NCBI RefSeq assembly: GCF_036971445.1 | Contig: NC_091480.1 | Coordinates: 28,830,001-28,894,000, forward strand | From: Narcine bancroftii | Lineage: Eukaryota | DNA length: 64,000 bases | Direction: 5' to 3' | Shown: in pieces, positions 52,700-64,000 of the stretch | How positions within the stretch are numbered: the first letter of the stretch is position 1 | How the letters are laid out: each line of letters starts with the position of its first letter | Notes under the pieces: generated by a model | The model's database searches: none | Seen by the model: the letters and a program-made list of their open reading frames with translations, nothing else | What the model was told of the DNA's origin: nothing | Translations under genes and position numbers: made by a program

Positions 52700-53720
52700 A
52701 ATTAGCTCTAAGCAATGGCAGCATGAATGCACTGCAGTGGGTTTCATTCAAGGGCTTGAAAGCTGCATGGCAAACATGTCTTTGACTGTTGGTGCATGCT
52801 TTCATTTTCTTAAGCCTTCTCCCCAATGGGAGGAGAGACAAGAGAATGTGTCCAAGTGGCATCGATCTTTCAGTATGTTAGCTGCCTTTTGAATGCAGCA
52901 GGAGAAGTAAGTGGAGTCCATGGGAGGGGTGGTTTTGTTAGGTTCTCAACTGCATTCACTAACTTCTCTAGCTTCTATTGATCTTGAGCAGAGGTTCTCC
53001 CATTACCACGTTGTGATGCAGACAGCAAATATATTTTTGATGATGCACCTGTAGAAGTTGTTGAGGGACAGAAGGGATATGCAGAACTTAGAAAGTAGAA
53101 GTGTCGGTACATTTTCTTTACTGTTGTCAATATGTTTGACGCAGGTCAGATTATTGGAGATATCTATTCCTTAGAATTTGAAGCTGTCTATGCTTTTAAC
53201 TTCACCATTATTCATGTGGACAAGGATGTGGATTCTGTCCCCTGGATCCTGAACAGTAGTTTAACAAAGGCACCCTTGGTGTCTAGCTGAGTGGAGAACT
53301 ATGGAGATGGCATCTGGTGTGGAACAGTTTGGCCGGTATGGAAACTGAAGTGGGTCAAGGCTGAATAGTAGACCAGAGTTGATGTGAGCCTCTCAAAAGA
53401 TCATGATTGAGGATAGTTAATTTAGGCCCATTACTGTGTTTTTCTTCAGTACTATTATGATGGTGGCCTTCTTGAAGCAAGTGGCAAATTTAGCCCATTG
53501 TAGGGAGTCTATGTAAAGATGGCTGTGAATATGACTGCCAATTGATCTTCATGGGCTCTTGGGACATGTCCCGGACTTAATTTGGGCCATTCATTTTCCG
53601 TGGGTTCATCTGCTGGAAGGCTATCCTAACTTCAGCAGCAGTGACAATGGTGCAATGTCATTTATTGCAGATGTTAAATTTTGTGATGCTGCGCTTTGTT
53701 TTGTATTCCATGACTGCATG
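52700..53720 (-). mobile_element. Old Rex1/Babar-like LINE remnant
   Basis: PLGHILLSLLPLGRR motif and FKFLR remnant on the minus strand. Confidence 0.6.
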
Positions 53721-53784
53721 CATACGGAGATCTCCTCCTCTGTTCTAAGGAGAGGAACCTTGGTATTTCCTGTCTATCTACATA

Positions 53785-54655
53785 CAGTGCCCTCCATAAT
53801 GTTTGGGACAAATACTTTTTTTTCCTTTATTTGTCCCTATGTTCCACAGTTTTAAATTTGCAGTCAAACAATTCACATGTAATTAAGGAGCATATTCCAG
53901 AGTTTATTTAAGGTTATTTGTATATATTTTGGTTTGACCATATAGAAATTGCAGTGCTTTTTTTTTTTACGTAGTCTCATTTCAGGGCACCATAATGTTT
54001 GGGGCATTTGGCTTCACAGGTGTTTGTGAGTACTAAGGTATGTTTAATTGCTTTATTAGTGCAGGTATAAGAGAGATAATCTTACTTCTAAGCTTTTGAT
54101 TACCTTTGAGTCTGGAGTTGCAGTTTTTCAACATGAGGACCAGAGTTGTGCCAATTAAAATCAAGGAAGCCATGATGAGCTGATAAGGATAAAACAGCAC
54201 ACAAAATTTAGGATTACCAAAATCAGCAGATTGGAATATCTGAAGAAAGACCATACAGGTGAGTTCAGTAATTGCAAGGTGACTGGTATTCCAAGGAAGA
54301 CATCCACTGCTGGTCACAGAAGAATTTTCATCATAATGAACAAAAAAAATACTCAAATGTCTATCTGACAGATCAGAAACACTCTTCAGGAGGAGGGTGT
54401 GGCGGTGTCAATGACTACTGTCGGCCGAAGACTTCATGAACAGAAATACAGAGCAAGATGAAAACCATGGCAAAGGTGGATCTTGTGCAATTCCTTTACA
54501 CCTCCACACTTGGCTCTTGTCATCTCTCTGATAGAGGTTAATCTTTGGTCTCCTCTGTCCACAGTCCTTTTTCCACAGGCCCTTTTAAATACTTCTTGGC
54601 AAACTGCAACCTGGCCATCCTTTCTATTGGTTTGTATCCTGCAGTGCAGCCTCGA
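53785..54655 (+). mobile_element. Second Tc1 copy (left arm and 5' transposase) followed by an inverted transposase segment
   Basis: TA-CAGTGCCCTCCATAATGTTTGGGACA; collinear with 11686-12365 up to about 54467; 54475-54655 matches 12340-12520 in reverse. Confidence 0.85.
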
Positions 54656-55089
54656 TTTCCATGGCAGGATAAAAACTGAGACAGTGGGAGATGGGACGAG
54701 GCGCAGTGGATGGCCAGGACTTCTCTTGTGTCTCGTTATGCTCTTTGCGTTCCAAGACGCTTGCAGAGACCGCCTTCTTCTTGATCCTTTGGACCTTCCA
54801 TTGGCCTCGTCCGCTCAGTCCGCCGGAGCCTGTCTTCATGTGTTGAGATAGACCACCTCCTTTAGAAAGATAAAATGATCCGAAACGTTGGTTCTGTCTT
54901 TTGTCTTATCTTTGCTCTAGAAAGCACACTGCCTGACCTGCTGAGTTCCTCCAGCATTGTTTTTATGGGGTCTGCAGACTTTTGTATTTTACTAGCACTT
55001 GAATTGTGCCCAGCCCACACACAGTTCCACTTTGTGTCTCCTTTATGGATGTAGCGTTTATCCCTGTCATGAAAGGGAGAGAACTTGCA

Positions 55090-55606
55090 TAGACTAGGCC
55101 GCTCACCTGCCCATCCCATTTTGCCTGACGGTCTCCACCCAGAATCAGCACGCCGGTTTCCATGGTGACGTGACCTGGAAGCGGTCACTCGATGACCCGG
55201 TAGCGCTGGCGCTGACAGGTGAAGCGCGCTAAATACGAAGGGAAGTTGCACCCAACGCTGACTGAAAGCGAACAAAAGGGTGGGCGGAGGAGAAAGGTGA
55301 TCGAAAGGCGCTCAGGTGAGGGAGGGAAGTCTTTGGTGCGATTGTGAGGCAGGGAGGGAGCGAGCGAGCGAGGTCACGGGCCGTTATGCCGGGGGATGGA
55401 GGCCAGGCCCGGCGTCCGTCCCCGCTCCGCCCGGCGTCTGTCCCCGGGAGCTTTGAACAGTGCATCGGGGAGGGGCATGACAACAGTGAGCCGAGAGCCA
55501 TCCTGGGAACACGAGCTGCCGCCATCTTCGGGTTACAGGGAGGTGCACACTGCCTCTTCCATTGTGCTTCCTGTTTATTTTTTCTCTCTTCCGACTAAAG
55601 GTAAGT
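55090..55606. promoter_or_regulatory. CpG-island promoter with putative non-coding first exons of an unidentified gene
   Basis: X-box-like GTTTCCATGGTGAC (55156-55169) overlapping TGACGTGA, GC boxes, YY1 motif GCCGCCATCTT (55518-55528); plus-strand donors CAG|gtgagg (55315/6) and AAG|gtaagt (55600/1); minus-strand donor CAG|gtgagc (55107/6). Confidence 0.7.
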
Positions 55607-56049
55607 GTTGACCAGATCAAAGCCACTCAACTTTTTTTCTGCACTTCGAGTAAACCAATCCCTTCTCTGTAAAACGCAAAAGTACTTTTCTAAACTTTTT
55701 TTTCCCGGGGAGCTGACACATTAACGAAGGACTCGGCCGGCTCTTCCCTCAGGCCTGGCAGCTTTCAACCAAGGGGAGCCACAGTGCCCATTCTGCCTGA
55801 AGGAAAACTTGCCAAGAGAGTTTTAGCACCATCACGGCTCTGGTGTCGTTCAAGAGCAATCTTTTACGATTCTTCATGTACAGTTGGATTTTTCAGCACC
55901 GCCTCAAGCTGCCCTCAAAGTTGCGATATCACCATCTATCTTTTGCCAAAGGGTCTGGTAAAGAATGCAGTGATCCCCGTTCATTCCTCACACCTGGCCT
56001 TTATAACCATTTACGGAGCCTTTCGAGTCCGCACCGGTTCACTAGAACA

Positions 56050-56395
56050 ACTCCACTAGCTCAAATCTCCCTCTCACTGCCAATAACCCTCCAACCCCCT
56101 TACCTCCACGTATACATCCAACCTTTTCTTAAATTACAGAAGGGACCCTGCTGCAACTATCTCATTCGGAAGATCATTCCATTCTGCCACCACTCGCTGA
56201 GTGAAAAAGCCACCTCTAATATTTCTCCTAAAGTGTTACCTCCTTACCCTTAACATGGCCTCTTGTTCCAACCTCCCCTGCCCTCAGGGGAAAGAGTCTA
56301 TGTCTATCTATTCTTTTCATAATTTTAAATACCTCTATCAAGGTCCCTCTCAGTCACCTACGTTCCAACGAATAAAGTCCTAGTCTCCTTAATTT
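56050..56395 (-). mobile_element. CR1 3' fragment
   Basis: Reverse-strand ERR*LRGDLDRGI and FTQRVVAEWN-type remnants. Confidence 0.65.
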
Positions 56396-57309
56396 GCTGG
56401 GTCTAAATCCTGAAATGTCCTCCCCAACAGAATTCTGGGTCTGTGTGTTATTTCTTTGTAAAATGGCTGTATAAATTGTAACCAGCGACTCGCTCTTAAA
56501 CATCTTTTACTACTGGAAATTATATTACCTTAGTGAAAAATGTGCTTTAGACTACATGCTGTTTTTTTCCCAATGCACACTGGATAGGAGTTTCCTTGTG
56601 CATCAGGCTCCAGTAAAACGCAAGGAGCAGCATCATCTATTATATATGGCCTTTTTCTGATCTTGCCATAAACTAACTCGTTCAATCAAATGGAATAATG
56701 GTGCGTCCTTGTCGAATTTGCTGTGTGCAAAAAAATTTTTAGCCCAATACCTAGTGGCATCATTGTAAACAGATGGCATGACAGATCCAATCTTGCTGCA
56801 TCCACACACCTTTGCTTGTCCGGTCCTTTCCAAGCCATAAGTCCCTTTCACACTTGAAGTGGTCCCAGGAATTAATAGCCAATTGGCCTAAAAAGGGTCT
56901 AGTGTGAAAGGAAAATCTTAACGCTGGTGTGAGATGATGTCATCTTGCCGGAGATGGACTGCCTCGACCCCCTAGTACTGTCCCTGGCATCTGCAGATGC
57001 TGGCATTGCAGTCAGGCAAGTATAGAATGGGCAATTGCATTCTGGGATAGAAATGACCCAAGCAGGAAAGTGAAGGAAGTAAAGATTAAAATGAAGATAT
57101 AAACTTTGCCGTGGGAAAGTTACAGTGGGTGGGGGGGAGAGGGGAAGAGAGACAGAGAGGAATAGCAATAGTGGATCATTTTTAAACAGCATGGGAAAGT
57201 TGGTAGTGCTAGAGACCACAATTTGTAAAGAAAAAGTGATGGCAGACCTGACTTCCCAGAATGCTGTGCAGCAAAGAAACCCCCACTGTGCATGACATTC
57301 CCATCACTT

Positions 57310-58618
57310 TTTCCCCACAGTATTTCTATATGCGCAATAGTGCTACCAACTTTCCCACACTGTATCAATTGTGCACGATAACGCTACCAACTTTCCCACA
57401 CTGTATCAATTGTGCACGATAATGCTACCAACTTTCCCACACTGTATCAATTGTGCACGATAACGCTACCAACTTTCCCACACTGTATCAATTGTGCACG
57501 ATAACGCTACCAACTTTCCCACACTGTATCAATTGTGCATGATAACGCTACCAACTTTCCCACACTGTATCAATTGTGCACGATAATGCTACCAACGTTC
57601 CCACACTGTATCAATTGTGCACGATAACGCTACCAACGTTCCCACACTGTATCAATTGTGCACGATAATGCTACCAACGTTCCCACACTGTATCAATTGT
57701 GCACGTTAGCGCTACCAATTTTCCCACCCTATCAATTGTGCATGATAGTGCTACCAATATTCCCACACTGTATCAATTGTGCACGATAGCGCTACCAATT
57801 TTCCCACACTGTATCAATTGTGCATGTTAGCGCTACCAACTTTCCCACACTGTATCAATTGTGCACGATAACGCTACCAACGTTCCCACACTGTATCAAT
57901 TGTGCACGATAACGCTACCAACTTTCCTACACTATCAATTGTGCACAATAGCGCTACCAACTTTCCCACACTGTATCAATTGTGCACGATAACGCTACCA
58001 ACTTTCCCACACTGTATCAATTGTGCACAATAACGCTACCAACTTTCCCACACTATCAATTGTGCACAATAGCATTACCAACTTTCCCACACTGTATCAA
58101 TTGTGCACGATAACGCTACCAACTTTCCCACACTGCATCAATTGTGCACGATAACGCTACCAACTTTCCCTCACTGCATCAATTGTGCACATTAGCGCTA
58201 CCAATTCTCCCACACTGTATCAATTGTGCACGATAGTGCTACCAATATTCCCACACTATCAATGGTGCACGATAGCGCTACCAATTTTCCCACACTGTAT
58301 CAATTGTGCACGTTAGTGCTACCAATTTTCCCACCCTATCAATTGTGCATGATAGTGCTACCAATATTCCCACACTGTATCAATTGTGCACGATAGCTCT
58401 ACCAATTTTCCCACACTATCAATTGTACACGATAGTGCTACCAATTGTCCCCACACTGTATCAATTGTGCACGATAGCGCTAACAATGTTCCCACACTGT
58501 ATCAATTGTGCACGATAGCGCTACCAATTTTCCCACACTATCAATTGTGCACGATAGTGCTACCAATTTTCCCCACACTGTATCAATTATGCATGATAGC
58601 ACTACCAACTTTCCCATG
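57310..58618. repeat. Minisatellite, 41-bp unit, about 31 copies
   Basis: Unit GCTACCAACTTTCCCACACTGTATCAATTGTGCACGATAAC starts at 57342, 57383, 57424, 57465...; 39-42 bp variants further along. Confidence 0.97.
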
Positions 58619-58835
58619 CTGTTTTAAAATTGTCTGCTATTGCTATTTATTGCTAGTACTTTCCCACAATCCCTTATAAAGGTTTATATAGGTCGGCACA
58701 TGAGGGACTGAAGGGCTCGTACTGTGCTGTATATAAAGCTTAATTAAGTTATAATTAGATATGTTTAATTTTGTTCAAATATAAAATCATAAATACATTG
58801 ATCAGGATTTAGGGCAGGTCCACCATCGCTCGATG

Positions 58836-61286
58836 TGTTATGACCACACCAGTAGAAGGTATAGAACAGTCATAACCTAGGGATGGCTCCTTGGAAATTC
58901 AAACGCATGCAGTATCCCAGTTGAGTGGTCAAGTGTGAACAGCAAAAACACCGTTCCTATCCTGGGACACTGAAAGGCCAATTTAGTGGAACGCAAGTGT
59001 AGAAGGGGCTTAGAAACAGAGTTAGCGGTCTTAATTAAGAACGAGAACAAAGGATTGTTTGAAAGGGCATCTGGTGAGAGAAAAGTCGTCTGATTTATGA
59101 GTGATGTTTTTGAAACAGAAACTGAAGGCAGTTTGATCAAGGAAGACATGTGGTTGAGATACTTGAAGAGGCAAGATTGATAATAAGTAGCCCGAGATCT
59201 GCAAGAGACAGAACTGAAGTAACATTGTGGGAGATGGGACACTTCCCTCCTCGTCAGAGGGGAAACTGATCTGCTGTGACCATTTGTAATGGTCATTTTT
59301 GATTGACCTATATCTTGGTAAAGGAAGCAAGATTATTCTTGCATTTGGATTGTGACCATTCTGCTCTCCATTGCAAGCAAAATCTTCGCTAGGATTCTCC
59401 TAAATGGAATAATACCTAGTGTCACCGAAAATGTTCTCCCAGAATCACAGTGCGGCTTTTGCGCAAACAGAGGAACTACTGACATGGTCTTTGCCCTCAG
59501 ACAGCTCCAAGAAAAGTGCAGAGAACAAAACACTCTACATCACCTTTGTTGACCTCACCAAAGCCTTCAACACCATGAGTAGGAAAGGGCTTTGGCAAAT
59601 ACTAGAGTGCCTCGGATGCCCCCCAAAGTTCCTCAACATAGTTATCCAACTGCACGAAAACCAACAAGGTCGGGTCAGATTCAGCAATGAGCTCTCTGAA
59701 CCCTTCTCCATTAACAATGGCGTGAAGCAAGGCTGCGTTCTCGCACCAACCCTCTTTTCAATCTTCTTCAGCATGATGCTGAAACAAGCCATGAAAGACA
59801 TCAACAATGAAGACACTGTTTACATCCGGTACCGCATGGATGGCAGTCTCTTCAATCTGAGGCGCCTGCAAGCTCACACCAAGACACAAGAGCAACTTGT
59901 CCGTGAACTACTCTTTGCAGACGATGCCGCTTTAGTTGTCCATTCAGAGCCAGGTCTTCAGCGCTTGACGTCCTGTTTTGCAGAAACTGCCAAAATGTTT
60001 GGCCTGGAAGTCAGCCTGAAGAAAAACTGAGGTCCTCCATCAGCCAGCTCCCCACCATGACTATCAGCCCCCCCACATCTCCATCGGGCACACTGAACTC
60101 AAAACGGTCAACCAGTTTACCTATCTCGGCTGCACCATTTCATCGGATGGAAGGATCGACAACGAGATAGACAACAGACTCACCAAGGCAAATAGCGCCT
60201 TTGGAAGACTACACAAAAGAGTCTGGAAAAACAACCAACTGAAAAACCTCACAAAGATTAGTGTGTACAGAGCCGTTGTCATACCCACGCTCCTGTTCGG
60301 CTCCAAATCATGGGTCCTCTACCGGCATCACCTATGGCTCCTAGAGCGCTTCCACCAGCGTTGTCTCCGCTCCATCCACAACATTCATTGGAGCGACTTC
60401 ATCTCAAATATCGAAGAACTCGAGATGGCAGAGGCCGACAGCATCGAATCCACGCTGCTGAAGATCCAACTGCGCTGGGTAGGTCATGTCTCCAGAATGG
60501 AGGACCCTCGCCTTCCCAAGATCGTGTTATATGGCGAGCTTCCACTGGCCTCCGAGACAGAGGTGCACCAAAGAAGAGGTACAAGGACTGCCTAAAGAAA
60601 TCTCTTGGTGCCTGCCACATTGACCACCGCCAGTGGGCTGATATCGCCTCAAACCGTGCATCTTGGCGCCTCACAGTTCGGCGGGCAGCAACCTCCTTTG
60701 AAGGAGACCGCAGAGCCCACCTCACTGACAAAAGACAAAGGAGGAAAAACCCAACACCCAACCCCAACCAACCAATTTTCTCCTGCAACCGCTGCAACCG
60801 TGTCTGCCTGTCCCGCATCGGACTTGTCAGCCACAAACGAGCCTGCAGCTGACGTGGACATTTACCCCTCCATAAATCTTCGTCCGCGAAGCCAAGCCAA
60901 AGAAGATTCTGATGATCATTTTGTCTGGAAGCATCGTGCAAGTTGCACATTACATTTCCGCTATGAAAAGAAGAGGGATGTTTTAACAAGCATTTGTATG
61001 AAAGAATATTTCTCTGAAAACAACTATCACGCAGTGTTTTACATACATCATAATTACTTCTGAACACCAGTTTAAAAGTTCTGAGTGTCAACACTAAGAC
61101 TTTGGGAATTGACTTTGCAGAATTGTGCCTAAGCTGTAATGGTTTGGTGCACACGCAGACTCTTGTGCATAGTTGGGATTAAGTTTAGATTTTAGTAAGA
61201 TGTTATAATGATTATTAATAAATATATAGTTTTAAAAATAACACTGTCTTGGTGAATTTCAGTTGTTGCTGGTCTATGGCCTAACA
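58836..61286 (+). mobile_element. Probable solo LTR (about 0.9 kb) split by an RTE insertion
   Basis: TGTTA at 58836 and TAACA at 61286 termini, AATAAA at about 61216 shortly before the end; flanking 4-mers (GATG/ATTG) do not match exactly. Confidence 0.45.
59361..60905 (+). mobile_element. RTE-clade LINE, 5'-truncated, with most of the RT domain; frameshifted
   Basis: LPESQCGF, FVDLTKAFNT, GVKQGCVLAPTLF, LLFADDAAL, FTYLG, C-terminal zinc finger; 3' end cgtccgcgaagccaagccaaaga. Confidence 0.95.
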
Positions 61287-62509
61287 ATTGAATCTGGGTT
61301 GATATCAGCAGAAATTGGCAATCTCTTTGGCCACTGTTACTACTTAACTAATCAAAGCAAACAGCTTGCAAGGGAAAATCAATTTTGAAGAATTACATGT
61401 AGGTATAATTTGGATTAAGTGGTTGGTAGATAATGTTTAAAATAATTGTGGGGAAAAAAAGTAGATCTGTTATCAGTTTGACTCATATTTGGAATCAAAA
61501 GCAGCTTTTAAAATATTCTTGTACTTTGTTTTAATTTTAATATTTGAAATCATAGCTCAGAAATTCGTAATGAACACAAACCACTCGAATTTCTTTTACA
61601 CATTGTTGTTAGTACATCAGCTGTGGATTTTCAATAGTATTTAATTAACTGATTAAGAAATCAACAAACTTAAATTGGAATTTTTAGGAAGTTTACTCAG
61701 TTTTGTGTTACTGGCTTGTTTCAATAAATTTTGTTAGGATTGGCAATTATGTATCTTTGTCTGGCAGTACAATTCTGAATTTAACTTAAGGTGTACAGGT
61801 AATACTAGTGAAGATTTATCAAGCAGTCCAACTCGCTGTTCATTCCTTAATTTATTGTAGTTGTATTGATTCACTATAATCTTTTAACACTCCCTCCTTT
61901 TGAATTCCCATCACTACTTGCATAAAAATTTGATTTGGATCAAATCACGCAGCAAAGATAAAGATACATAACCCATGTTTTGGGCCTGAGCCCTTCATCA
62001 AGCAATGAGCAAAATGTAGACAGGTGCCTGAAATAAAATGATGAGAGAAGGGGCAGGTGGAGGCGCACAGGCCTGGGTGGATATGATGGGGGGAGCGGCG
62101 GGGGGGGGGGGGGGGGAGAAAGGCTGAGAAATGACAGGAAAAGGGGGCTTAGCTTATGAATGGAGAGGGAAGGGTATGGAGAGCTGGTGGAAATGGAGAG
62201 GAAGATATGGGAGTGGCTTATGGAAACTAGAGGACGATGTTAATGCCATCTGTTTGGAAAGTGCCTAGATGGAATATCAACCCTCTCTTCCCCATCCCTT
62301 TCCATCCCCTTCTGTCTCCCCTCCCTCAGTCACTTCTCAGCTTTTTTCTCTTGTGCCTGCCTACTCATCTCCACCCATGAACTCTTGCCTGTGGCCCTGT
62401 GCTTCCTTGTCCACCCTCTTTTCCACCCTTTCCACCCTCCCTCTCCCAATCATATTTAGGTTCCTGTCTTTTGCTCATTCCTTGATTGGTTTTATATCTA
62501 TCTTTGCTG

Positions 62510-64000
62510 AGAGCCAGATCACAGGCATTCAAGTCTGGAGATCAGAACACTCCATAAGCAGCAGGTATGACCAGCAAAAACAGAGATTTTAGACAAGAAT
62601 GTAAATAATGAGGGATCCACGACAGGTATGGTAGGGCCTAAATTACATGGCTTGCTATAAAACCAAATCCTATGCAGTAGGAGACAGCAAACCTTCACTC
62701 CCAGATACTACACCAAAAGGCTGAGAAACGATAAACCAATCCAAGATGAACTCAATGGCGTCTCTACCTTATTGATCACCAGAACAAGAAAGAAGTACTT
62801 TGCACACCCATCTCCCCTGATGATCCTCTACTGTTAGTATTTAAGGATGATATGTTGGCTGCTTTCAGCAGACTGTAAGGAATGCATCCAGTTCATATGG
62901 AATACCTGGGCAAGTTCTGAAAACCTGTGCTAACAAACTTGCCAATGTATTCATGGATATCTTCAAAATCTCACTCCAGCAGGGCGTGGTATGCACCTGT
63001 TTCAAACGGGTGTCAATTGTATGCGTGTCCAAGAACAGTGTGGTAACCTACCTGTGTGACTACTGACCAATAGCACTTTTATCCATAGTGATGAGGTGTT
63101 TTTATAGACTGATGATGAAACACATCAGCTTCTGTCTGAGTGGCAACATAGATTCATTCCAATTTGCCAACAGGTCTACGGCAGATGCCATCTCATTGAT
63201 TCTACACAAAGCTTGTACAGCAAAGAAGCATTCATCAGGATGCTCTTCATTGCCTATGGTTTGGCATTTAATGCCATCATCCCCTCAAAACTGATAAGCG
63301 AACACCAAGATCTGAGACTGAACACCCCACTGTGTAATTGGATCCTGGATTTCCTCACCTCCAGACCACAATCAGTGAGGATTGGTAAGAACATCTCCAC
63401 AATCTCCATCAGTACCGGAGCACCACAGGGCTGTGTTCTTAACCTCCTACTGTACTTGCTTTGCATCTATGACTGTGTGGCACATTATGACAACACCATC
63501 TACAAATTTGCTGGTGATACCACGGAAGTGGGTTGTATAAAGGGCATCATGAGTCTGCATACAGGAGAGAGATTGAAAACTTGGCTGAGTGGTGTACTAA
63601 CAGCAACCTTACCCTCAAATGTCACCAAACCAAAAAGCTGATTGTTGACTTTAGGAGGGGAAAACCAGAGGTGTATGATCCAGTGATCATTGGATAATCA
63701 GAGGTGGTGAAGGGGAGCAAATTTAAATTCCTGGAAGTCACTATCCCAGAGGACCTTTCCTGGACCCACAAGTGTCATCGTGAAGAAACCCCATCAGCGC
63801 TTTTCCTTTCTCAGTAGTTTGCGAAAGTTTGGCAAACTTCTACAGATGTGTCATGGAAAGTGAGCTGACCAGCTGCATCAAGGCCTGGTATGGTGGCACT
63901 AATACCTCTGAGCGGAAAGCCCTGCAGAAGGTAGTGAATGCAGCTCGGTACATCACAAGCAAAACTCTCCCCATCATCAATCTGCATGGAATTCTTCTGT
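62510..64000 (+). mobile_element. Rex1/Babar LINE, decayed, running off the window end
   Basis: [55 protein letters not shown]. Confidence 0.88.

Noticed and set aside
57310-58618. CRISPR-like array of roughly 41-bp partly palindromic repeats
   Set aside because: Units are directly adjacent with no unique spacers, no cas genes, and the context is a vertebrate genome; it is a minisatellite
58306-58679. Repetitive ORFs (PTLYQLCTIALP)n
   Set aside because: Translation of the minisatellite; no splice or start context
1-64000. tRNA, rRNA or intronic snoRNA genes
   Set aside because: No cloverleaf, rRNA-like or convincing box C/D or H/ACA structure recognised by eye; a covariance-model scan (Infernal/Rfam, tRNAscan-SE) would be needed to exclude them

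Overview
Eukaryotic (vertebrate) genomic DNA, most likely a cartilaginous fish (inferred from the CR1/Penelope/Rex-Babar/RTE repeat landscape; not provable from sequence alone). Three complete spliced housekeeping genes can be assembled by hand with canonical GT-AG sites and continuous frames: CPSF4 (minus, 8 coding exons, 797-13513, 272 aa), PTCD1 (plus, 8 coding exons plus a probable 5' UTR exon, 21832-39164, 735 aa) and BUD31 (minus, 4 coding exons, 42014-51015, 144 aa). The order and orientation match the human 7q22 cluster. A further CpG-rich promoter at about 55.1-55.6 kb has splice donors on both strands but no recognisable coding exon. The rest is transposon debris (L1, RTE, CR1, Rex/Babar, Penelope, Tc1, pogo/Tigger, hAT, probable solo LTR), a 1.3-kb 41-bp minisatellite bracketed by inverted repeats, and an assembly gap of about 360 N. 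I found no convincing new multi-gene system. The best leads are a candidate NMD poison exon in CPSF4 intron 5, the inverted-repeat-caged minisatellite, the orphan promoter, uORFs in the PTCD1 leader, and a young RTE family.
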